Shown here: positions 16,162 to 24,500 of the stretch, in pieces
Layout of the letters: the number at the start of each line of letters is the position of its first letter
Numbering within the stretch: the first letter of the stretch is position 1
Origin: Minisyncoccota bacterium
GTDB taxonomy: Bacteria > Patescibacteriota > Minisyncoccia > Minisyncoccales > Minisyncoccaceae
NCBI GenBank assembly: GCA_041657325.1
Contig: JBBACA010000001.1
Location: forward strand, 1 to 32,000
Direction of reading: 5' to 3'
Length of the DNA stretch: 32,000 bases
Program-made: the position numbers and the translations under genes
Notes under the pieces: generated by a model
Database searches by the model: none
What the model was told of the DNA's origin: nothing
The model's input: the letters and a program-made list of their open reading frames with translations, nothing else

Positions 16162-17140
16162 AATGCAATCTAAATTTAATTTACCCTTAATCAACGCTCA
16201 TACTCATGCTGCCATGGTCGGTTTCCGTGGTATGGCTGAAGATTTGCCATTGGATAAATGGCTTAATGATGTTATCTGGCCGATGGAAGCTAAATTTAAA
16301 ATGGAAAATCCATCTTTTGTTTACGAACAAACTATGGTGGCGATTGATGAAATGAGAGAAAACGGAATAGCCGCTTTCATGGATATGTATTTCTATGAGA
16401 ATGAAGTCGGCCGAGCTTGTGAAGAAATGGGAATGCCAGTTGTTTTAGGAGAAGGATTAATCGACTCAAAAGGACAAGAGATATTTGATAAGGACTTGAA
16501 GACAACGGAGATGCTGTTAGAGAAATACAAGAATCATTCTTTTGTTAAAGTATCGGTTGCTCCGCATTCTCCCTATGCCGTTAATAAAGATAATTTAATC
16601 AAAGCTAAAGAATTAGCGAGAAAGTATAATGCTATTTATCAGCTTCATGTAGCGGAAACAAAAAAAGAAGTTGATGATTCTTTGAATAAGCATGGTTTGA
16701 CTCCGGTGCAATATTTAGAGGAGATTGGAGTGTTGGATGAAAAAACAGTTTTAATCCATTGTGTTTGGTTAACTGATAATGATATTTCAATTATTGCTAA
16801 GCATAATTGTAAAGTGGTTCATTGTCCGCTTAGCAATTTAAAGCTCGGTTCGGGAGTTGCTCCGATTGCCAAATTATTGAAAGCGGGAGTGATTGTTGCT
16901 TTGGGGACAGACGGAGCAGCTAGTTCTAATCGATTAGATATTTGGGAGACAGGGAAGTTTGCCGCTTTATTACAAAAAGGAATAAACTATGACCCGACAC
17001 TACTTCCGGTCAAAGAGGTTATCAAAATGGCAACGGTTAACGGGATGAAGACACTGGGATTTGATAATATTATGGGTAAAACCATTAAGGATATAGAGGA
17101 GGAGATAGAAAAGGGGGATTTTGTTAATTTATATAATTAA
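16154..17140 (+). CDS. Amidohydrolase-superfamily deaminase (MtaD / SAH-MTA deaminase-like), trimmed ends
   Basis: INAHTHAAM (HxH metal site), VAPHSPY, HVAET, HCV and GTDGAASSN. At 328 aa it lacks the usual N- and C-terminal beta-sandwich segments. Confidence 0.75.
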   Translation: MNKMQSKFNLPLINAHTHAAMVGFRGMAEDLPLDKWLNDVIWPMEAKFKMENPSFVYEQTMVAIDEMRENGIAAFMDMYFYENEVGRACEEMGMPVVLGEGLIDSKGQEIFDKDLKTTEMLLEKYKNHSFVKVSVAPHSPYAVNKDNLIKAKELARKYNAIYQLHVAETKKEVDDSLNKHGLTPVQYLEEIGVLDEKTVLIHCVWLTDNDISIIAKHNCKVVHCPLSNLKLGSGVAPIAKLLKAGVIVALGTDGAASSNRLDIWETGKFAALLQKGINYDPTLLPVKEVIKMATVNGMKTLGFDNIMGKTIKDIEEEIEKGDFVNLYN

Positions 17141-17176
17141 CAAAATTTTTAAAGAAATAAGATTATATAAAGTTAC

Positions 17177-17224
17177 AAGAATACATTAGAATTAATGGGA
17201 ATATCTGCTCCTGAGCAGATGTAA
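17177..17224. repeat. 48-bp direct repeat, copy 2 (orphan duplicate of the argS 3' end including its stop codon)
   Basis: The only difference from 15423-15470 is C to T at 17212, inside the 2-nt spacer of the inverted repeat. No argS coding sequence lies upstream of it. Confidence 0.9.
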
Positions 17225-17231
17225 TGAGGTT

Positions 17232-17269
17232 GGTTCGAATCCTAGTACCTCTGCCAACTTGAGCGTAGT
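17232..17269 (+). repeat. tRNA 3'-end-like fragment (GGTTCGAAT .. CTGCCA) plus 19-bp direct repeat, copy A
   Basis: A T-loop-like GGTTCGAATCC is followed 16 nt after the loop by a G-CCA end. CTGCCAACTTGAGCGTAGT (17251-17269) is identical to 18261-18279. No matching 5' acceptor or D arm is present. Confidence 0.6.
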
Positions 17270-17318
17270 CCAAGAAAATTTTCTTTTCTTTTAATCATAA
17301 CAATTTGTTATAAATAAT

Positions 17319-18122
17319 ATGTCAAACAAAAGACCAATTGAACAACATTCTGATGATGGATTTATTCAAGGATTTGAAAAATACTTTTTAATAGATACTA
17401 TATTAAAAAGCAATTCTTGGGATGAATTAGTATCTAATATAGAAAAACTAAAAGTAAAATTTCCTTGGGAAAGTTTACTATTTAAAGAATTTAAGTTTTA
17501 TAACCTACTTAAAAAGGTGGAACAAAACATAAGTGACTTGCTCATAACTTTTTTAATAGAAAATAATTTCATCAATAAATCTCACGAAGACATCAAAAAA
17601 TATTTATTTGATAGAATAAAACAATATAGAAAAGATGGAGCAATTAGCGAAGCAATGAATGAAATTGAAGAAAAATTAAAAGAATGCAAGGATGAAAATT
17701 GCAAGTTAAAAAGATTACTTAATCCCGATTGTCTATTTTATATATCGGGAAGATATCTTGGAGATCTAATTTATATTATCAGGGAATATACTAATGACTT
17801 CGAAGATAAAACGGAATTGCTAGAAAAATTAAACAATTTTAACGATGCTAGGACAGACATCATACACAATTCATTGACTAGTAGAGGAGAAGGTTTATCA
17901 GAAATAATAGATAATGGACTAATATTGGGAAAAGAAATATTAGAAATAATTGATTTATTGCCCGAAGACGTTAATAATTCGAAAAACAATGAAGAATGTC
18001 CATTCTGTAAGCATAAAATAGGCCACCATCAAAAAATTGAATTAGAAAAAGATGGATCAAAAGAAATTGCCTATAAGTGCAAAGAAAAAGAATGCCCTTG
18101 CATTAAAATAGGGGAATGGTAA
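17319..18122 (+). CDS. Hypothetical protein with HEPN-like Rx4H motif and C-terminal Cys/His zinc-ribbon-like tail
   Basis: The protein looks alpha-helical. NDARTDIIHN (R178..H183, nt 17850-17867) lies where the HEPN Rx4-6H motif sits, ahead of a final helix. The tail is CPFCKHKIGHH..x..CKEKECPC. Confidence 0.4.
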   Translation: MSNKRPIEQHSDDGFIQGFEKYFLIDTILKSNSWDELVSNIEKLKVKFPWESLLFKEFKFYNLLKKVEQNISDLLITFLIENNFINKSHEDIKKYLFDRIKQYRKDGAISEAMNEIEEKLKECKDENCKLKRLLNPDCLFYISGRYLGDLIYIIREYTNDFEDKTELLEKLNNFNDARTDIIHNSLTSRGEGLSEIIDNGLILGKEILEIIDLLPEDVNNSKNNEECPFCKHKIGHHQKIELEKDGSKEIAYKCKEKECPCIKIGEW

Positions 18123-18170
18123 TAATTACACTATAGTGTAATTTTATATCTAATTTTGTGTCACTTTTTA

Positions 18171-18265
18171 GGTAGCTCAAGTCGCGTCGATATGGTAAGA
18201 TAAAAGTACTTAAATTATCCTTATGGGGTATATATCCCTGGGGTTCGATCTCGACTTGGCCTGCC
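18171..18265. repeat. Imperfect 14-bp inverted repeat enclosing 67 bp
   Basis: GGTAGCTCAAGTCG (18171-18184) pairs with CGACTTGGCCTGCC (18252-18265): 11 Watson-Crick pairs, 2 G-U pairs if RNA, and 1 mismatch. The interior holds two small hairpins and the GGTTCGATC motif. Confidence 0.4.
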
Positions 18266-18279
18266 AACTTGAGCGTAGT
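18242..18279 (+). repeat. tRNA 3'-end-like fragment (GGTTCGATC .. CTGCCA) plus 19-bp direct repeat, copy B
   Basis: Same geometry as copy A: GGTTCGA, then 12 nt, then CTGCCA. The 19-mer at 18261-18279 is identical to copy A, 1010 bp downstream of it. Confidence 0.6.
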
Positions 18280-18398
18280 TAGAGCGCACGAGTCGCGTAG
18301 TTTTAAAAAAAACAATGATTACACCAAGAAACAATTTATTAACTATTATAATTGATGGAAGCACCTTATTATTTTGAGGTGTTTTATTTTGTAAAAAT

Positions 18399-21300
18399 AT
18401 GACAACCGATTTAACATTTATAACAAACGAGGAAGGTAAAAATCTAAAAGATAGATTTAATATACTTGTAAAAGATACTCGCTTTTTTGATGTGCTAGTT
18501 GGTTATTTTTACACAAGTGGGTTTTATGCAATATATCCTCAGTTGGAAAAAACGGAGAAAATAAGAATTCTTATTGGGATAAGCACTAACCAGCAAACAT
18601 ATAATCTGCTTCAAAAAATACAGTCTCACAAAGAAATTAACGAAGAAGTTGGCAATAAAGTAGTATCAGAAATGGATGAATGCGAAAATAATTTTCGTAT
18701 TGAAGAAGGTGTTTATAAATTCCTTGAATGGCTTAAAAGTGGAAAATTAGAAATTAAAGCATATCCGGAAGAAAAAATTCATTCAAAGCTTTACATAATG
18801 ACCTTTGAGGAAGATGATCGAGATATCGGCAGAGTCATCACAGGATCAAGCAATTTTACCAGAAGTGGTTTAATCGACAATCTAGAATTCAATGTCGAAC
18901 TTAAAAATCCATCAGACTACAAGTATGCGAAAGAAAAGTTTGATGAATTATGGAAAAAAGGAATTGATGTCAGTGAGAAATATATAGAAGCAATAACAGA
19001 AAATACTTGGCTGAAAGAAAACATAACACCTTACGAGTTATATCTTAAATTTCTCTACGAATACTTTAAGGAAGAAATAAATGAAAAAGACGCACTGGAG
19101 CACAGCTATCGGCCAGATAATTTTAAAGAATTAAAATATCAAGATCATGCAGTTATAAATGCGAAAAAAATTGTAGAAGAATATGGTGGCGTATTTTTAT
19201 CAGATGTAGTTGGGCTTGGAAAGACATTTATGGGCACAATGCTTTGTGAAGAATTGCCGGGCAGAACCCTTGTTTTGGCACCACCTCACTTAATTGATGA
19301 AAGCAATGAAGGTAGCTGGGAAAATGCCTTTAAAAATTTTGGATTTCGTTCGAAGGATTACAAATGCGAATCTATTGGAATGTTGGAGAAAATAATTAAA
19401 AAAGAATTATATAAAAAATTTGATATAGTCCTTATTGATGAATCGCACCGCTTTAGAACGGAAGATACCGAAACATATGCAAAACTTGCTCAGATTTGTC
19501 GTGGGAAAAAAGTAATACTTGTTACTGCTACGCCATACAACAACTCCCCAAAAGATTTATTGGCTCAAATTAAACTTTTTCAGCGTATAAAAAACAGCAC
19601 TATTCCAAATCTACCAAATATTGAAGGATTTTTTAAAAAACTCGAAAGGAATTTAAAAGGATTAGATAGAAAAAAAGATAAAACAGAATATTTAGAGATA
19701 ACGAAAACGAATTCAAAACTTATTAGAGAAAAAGTCCTTAAATATTTAATGGTAAGAAGAACCAGAAAAGAAATCCAGAAGTATTATGGCGAAGATCTAA
19801 AAAAGCAAAAAATGAAGTTTCCGGATATTGCCGATCCACAACCTATTTATTATGAATTTAATAAAAAAGAGGATCAAGTATTTTTTAAAACAATTGAAAT
19901 AATATCAAAAGATTTCAAATATGCACGTTATACGCCACTTCTTTATCGTAAAGGTGAATTAGGTTCGGAAGAACAACGACAGAAAAACATGAGGAAGTTT
20001 ATGAAAATGATGCTTATTAAGCGTTTAGAAAGCAGTTTTTTTGCTTTTAATCAATCTGTATATCGTTTTATTAATTCATATCAAAAATTTATCGAAGAAT
20101 ATAAGTTAGGTAGCGTCTATGTAAGCAAAAAGCACATAAAGAAGGTTTTTGATTATTTAGAAAGTGGAAATATAGACGCAATAGATCTATTAATATCTGA
20201 AGAAAAAGCAGAAAAATTTTCCAGTAAAGATTTTAAAGAAGACTTTATAAAAGATTTGCAAAAAGACTTAGAAACATTACTGAAAATCAAAGACTTGTGG
20301 AAAGATATAGATAGAGATCCTAAAATAATTGCCTTCAAAGAAAAATTAGCGGATCAGGAACCACTGAAGGCAGGCAAATCGATAATTTTCACAGAGTCAA
20401 AGGAAACTGCTGAATATCTTGTTAAGAATTTACAAGACACATTTCCAGATCAAATCCTTTATTTTTCAGGTGGAAGCTCGCAGAACGAGAGAGAGATTGT
20501 AATGGAAAATTTTGATGCAAATTCAAAAAAAATAAAAAATGATTATAAGTTTTTAATCACTACAGATGTTTTGGCTGAAGGAGCAAACTTACATCAGGCG
20601 AATGTGGTTATCAACTATGATATACCTTGGAATCCAACTCGCATTATGCAAAGAGTTGGTCGTATCAATCGTGTAGACACAAAACATGACAAAATATATA
20701 CCTATACATTTTTCCCCACAGAACAATCAAATGAGCAAATTAAGCTAAAGGAGCTAGCTGAAGCAAAAATACAAGCTTTCATAACACTGCTTGGCACTGA
20801 TGCAAAATTATTAACCGAAGGCGAAGTCCCAGAAGGACATAGTTTATTTAAGAGAATTCTATCAAAAGAAATGATTGAGGGAGAAGAGAATGAGAGTGAG
20901 AGTGAATTAGGATACTTACAGGAAATTAGAAAAATACGAGATGATAGTCCAGCCCTATTTGAAAAGATTAAGAAGCTACCCAAAAAAGCACGTACCGCAC
21001 GAAAATTCCAAGGAGTAAATTCAGAGCTTTTAACATATTTTAGAAAAGGAAAATTACAAAAATTCTTCATAGTTCAATCTGGCACAACTTCTATTTCGTC
21101 TGAAATTGATTTTATGGAAGCGGCGAAAAAACTTGTAGCAAAACAAAATGAAAAACAATCAAAACTAAACAAGTTGTTCTATGAAATGCTAGACAAGAAC
21201 CTAGAAATGTTAAAAAAAGTAGATGAATATGATATTGATGAATATTCTTCTAAAAGAGGCAACGGAGACAATGCGGCTCGTCTCTCTAAAATTTTAAACG

Positions 21301-21584
21301 CCAAAGAAATAAAGAAATATCAAGGCTTTACGGATGATGACGAACTTTATCTTAAACACGTTATTAATGAGCTTGATTCGGGTGGTATACCAAAAAAGAT
21401 TACCCAAAAATTATATAAAAAAATACAAGAAACTCCTGAAATAATTCAAAATCCTATAAAACTTTTGGCTATTTTAAAAACAACACTCCCAAGTGATTTC
21501 CTCCAACCAACACAGAACGATATAGATAAAGGGATAAATAGCAAAAAAGAAATTATAATTTCTGAATATTTTAATGCTGAATAA
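18399..21584 (+). CDS. HKD (phospholipase-D-family) nuclease domain fused to SNF2-family helicase/translocase
   Basis: There is a single HKD motif, HSKLYIM..x..GSSNFTRSG, starting at nt 18780 (H128, K130). SNF2 motifs are VVGLGKTFMG (I), LIDESHRF (II), VTATPYNN (III), and TDVLAEGANLHQANVVINYDIPWNPTRIMQRVGRINR (V-VI). A ~270-aa C-terminal region is unassigned. Confidence 0.85.
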   Translation: MTTDLTFITNEEGKNLKDRFNILVKDTRFFDVLVGYFYTSGFYAIYPQLEKTEKIRILIGISTNQQTYNLLQKIQSHKEINEEVGNKVVSEMDECENNFRIEEGVYKFLEWLKSGKLEIKAYPEEKIHSKLYIMTFEEDDRDIGRVITGSSNFTRSGLIDNLEFNVELKNPSDYKYAKEKFDELWKKGIDVSEKYIEAITENTWLKENITPYELYLKFLYEYFKEEINEKDALEHSYRPDNFKELKYQDHAVINAKKIVEEYGGVFLSDVVGLGKTFMGTMLCEELPGRTLVLAPPHLIDESNEGSWENAFKNFGFRSKDYKCESIGMLEKIIKKELYKKFDIVLIDESHRFRTEDTETYAKLAQICRGKKVILVTATPYNNSPKDLLAQIKLFQRIKNSTIPNLPNIEGFFKKLERNLKGLDRKKDKTEYLEITKTNSKLIREKVLKYLMVRRTRKEIQKYYGEDLKKQKMKFPDIADPQPIYYEFNKKEDQVFFKTIEIISKDFKYARYTPLLYRKGELGSEEQRQKNMRKFMKMMLIKRLESSFFAFNQSVYRFINSYQKFIEEYKLGSVYVSKKHIKKVFDYLESGNIDAIDLLISEEKAEKFSSKDFKEDFIKDLQKDLETLLKIKDLWKDIDRDPKIIAFKEKLADQEPLKAGKSIIFTESKETAEYLVKNLQDTFPDQILYFSGGSSQNEREIVMENFDANSKKIKNDYKFLITTDVLAEGANLHQANVVINYDIPWNPTRIMQRVGRINRVDTKHDKIYTYTFFPTEQSNEQIKLKELAEAKIQAFITLLGTDAKLLTEGEVPEGHSLFKRILSKEMIEGEENESESELGYLQEIRKIRDDSPALFEKIKKLPKKARTARKFQGVNSELLTYFRKGKLQKFFIVQSGTTSISSEIDFMEAAKKLVAKQNEKQSKLNKLFYEMLDKNLEMLKKVDEYDIDEYSSKRGNGDNAARLSKILNAKEIKKYQGFTDDDELYLKHVINELDSGGIPKKITQKLYKKIQETPEIIQNPIKLLAILKTTLPSDFLQPTQNDIDKGINSKKEIIISEYFNAE

Positions 21585-21586
21585 TT

Positions 21587-24500
21587 ATGAATAAAAACGA
21601 AGCAAAAGAAATAATCAGTTCAACCTTTAGTAGTGATTTTGATGGACAAAGATATGAGAAGTTTGTAGCAAATCTATTCAAAAAGTATCAACCAATAGAT
21701 AAAATCATTGAGGGACAATATATAAAGTTGGCCTATAAATCTTTTGTAATCAAATACAAAATCACAGGTACTTTTGAGGACGGGGAGGGACATAAAATTG
21801 ATATTCTTGAGGTTAATCTAAGTAATGCATCAACTTTGGAGCGCGCTAGAACAGCACAAAGAAATTTTGTTGCTGAATATCTAAAAGATAGAAATAAAGA
21901 TGCTGCCCTAGTTGCATTTGTTTCCCCAGATAATAAAGAGTGGAGATTATCGCTGGTAAAGATAGAAAACTTCTTAGAAGTCATAGATGAAAAATTAAAA
22001 ACTAAAGAGGAGATAACACCGGCAAAAAGATGGTCTTTTTTGGTGGGTAAAAATGAAGGAAGCCACACCGCTCAAAGTAGATTTGTAAAAATGCTTATAA
22101 GCGATGAGGATCCAAACCTAGCCGAACTTGAATCAGCTTTTGATATTGAAACAGTAACCAAAGAATTTTTCCATAAATACACGGAACTATATTTCCAGCT
22201 TAAAGGTCATTTGGATTCTTTGATGGCAAGAGATGAGATAATCAAAAAAGACTTTGAGGGAAAAGAAATATCAACAATTGATTTTGCTAAAAAAACATTA
22301 GGACAAATAGTTTTCTTGTATTTTTTACAAAAAAAAGGTTGGTTTGGGGTTTCTCCTGATAAACAGTGGGGCGAAGGTCCTAAAAGATTTTTGCGAGAAG
22401 TGTTTGAGAGAAGAAACAAATATGGTAAAAACTTCTTCAACGACATCTTAGAGCCATTATTTTATAAAGCACTTGCTCAAGATAGAGGGACAGAATCAAT
22501 TTACCCAGATTTAAATAATTGCAGAATGCCATTTTTGAATGGTGGCCTTTTCGAGCCGATGAACGGCTATTTGTGGGAAACGACAGACATAATTATTCCT
22601 GATGAATTATTTTCTAATGACATAACGGATAAAAAAACAGGAGACAAGGGAACTGGAATTTTGGATGTATTTGATAGATACAATTTTACGGTAAATGAAA
22701 ACGAACCTTTAGAAAAAGAGGTAGCAGTTGATCCTGAAATGCTCGGAAAGGTGTTTGAAAATCTTTTGGATATAAAAGATCGCAAGAGTAAGGGGGCTTT
22801 TTATACTCCTCGTGAAATTGTGCACTATATGTGTCAAGAAAGTTTAATCAACTATCTACACGCCGAAACGAACAATGAAATCTCGCGCAATGATTTAGAA
22901 TTGTTTATCCAAAAAGGAGATAGAATAATTGAAAATGATAAAATTGCTTTGGAGAGAAAAGAAGAGAGAATAAAAAAGTACAGAAATGATAAATATAAAG
23001 ACTCGACTTACAGCTTATTACTGCCAATATCAATACGGACAAAGGCCGAAAAGCTTGATGAACTTTTAAAAAACATAAAAGTGGCTGATCCTGCCGTTGG
23101 TTCCGGAGCTTTTCCACTTGGAATGATTAATGAAATTGTGCGTGCGAGAAAAGTTTTAAATGTGTATCTAAAAAGCGACATATCAGATTATGAGCTGAAA
23201 AAGCACACGATCACTCATTCTATCTATGGCGTTGATATTGACCCGGGTGCGGTAGATATTGCCAAACTACGACTATGGCTGGCATTGGTGGTTGATGAAG
23301 AAACTCCTCACCCATTGCCAAACCTTGAGCATAAAATTATGCAAGGGAACAGCCTTATTTCCGAGTATGAAGGAATCAAGTTATTTAATGAAAGTATTTT
23401 CGAAGAAGATGAGAAGAAAGAGATGAAACAAGCTCAGCTTGGACTTGGAAAAACAAGATCGGAAATAAAAATGGAGATACTGCAAGATAGAATCGCATCA
23501 TTTGTAAATGAATCGCAGAGAACCAAAAAGCAAAATCTCAAAAAAGAGATTGACGATTTGAAGTGGGAACTTATTGAAGAAACACTCAAAGAACAAGGTA
23601 AGGAAGATAAACTGGAAGATATCAAAAAACTCCGTCGAAAAAATATCCGCCCGTTTTTTATTTGGAAACTGGAATTTAGTGATGTTTTTAAAGAAAAAGG
23701 CGGGTTTGATGTGGTAATTGGGAATCCACCGTATATACAACTCCAAAAAAATAAGGGAGAGTTATCCAATATGTTTGAAAAATGCGGATTTGAAAGTTTT
23801 GCCAGAACCGGGGATATCTATTGTTTGTTTTATGAATTGGGAAATCAGCTTTTGCAAAAACATGGCCATCTTGTTTTTATTACTTCTAATAAATGGATGC
23901 GAGCAGGATATGGTGAAAAATTGAGACAATATTTAGCGGAAAATACTACGCCCGAATTATTAATTGATCTTGGTCCGGGAGTTTTTGAAACTGCAACGGT
24001 TGATACCAATATTTTACTTTTCCAAAAAGAAAAAACAGAAAAAGCTTGTGTTGCATGTAGCGTGAAAGAAAATTTAACAAAAAAGAATGTTCATTTTACA
24101 GATTATATTGTTAAAAACAAAGTGGGATTAAATCAATTTTCTGGTGATGCCTGGATTATTTTGAATCCAATTGAAATGAAAATAAAAGAAAAGATAGAAA
24201 AAATAGGCACACCATTGAAAGATTGGGATATAAAAATAAATCGTGGAGTTTTAACAGGTTACAATGAAGCGTTTATTATTGATGGGAAAAAGAAAGATGA
24301 ATTGATTGCTAAAGATCTAAAAAGTGCCGAGATTATCAAGCCGATTTTGAGGGGGAAAGATATTAAAAGGTATCATGCTGACTTTGCTGATTTGTGGTTG
24401 ATTGCAGGTCATAATGGCTACAAAAAGGAAAGCGAAGAAATGGTTGAATCAATAAATGTTGAAAAATATCCTGCTATAAAAGAGTGGTTAGATAGTCATT

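Noticed and set aside
682-16162. Longer N-terminal extensions offered by the ORF track (starts at 682, 5318, 12403, 13417, 13875 and 16076).
   Set aside because: These extensions overlap the preceding gene or add non-homologous residues. Internal ATGs at 724, 5342, 12436, 13489, 13908 and 16154 restore alignment with the paralog or family N-terminus, with short gaps or overlaps typical of this operon-dense window.
16154-17140. Amidohydrolase as a RADAR-like (RdrB) adenosine-deaminase defence effector.
   Set aside because: It is only 328 aa, resembles MtaD-type salvage deaminases, and has no large AAA ATPase partner.
17225-18266. Calling intact tRNA genes at the GGTTCGA..CTGCCA motifs.
   Set aside because: I tried to build cloverleaves by hand. 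The required 5' acceptor strands (AGAGGTA and AGGCCAA) and T-stem partners are absent. The 96-nt span at 18171-18266 closes with a 14-bp helix, which is not tRNA geometry. I treat them as fragments pending a covariance-model scan.
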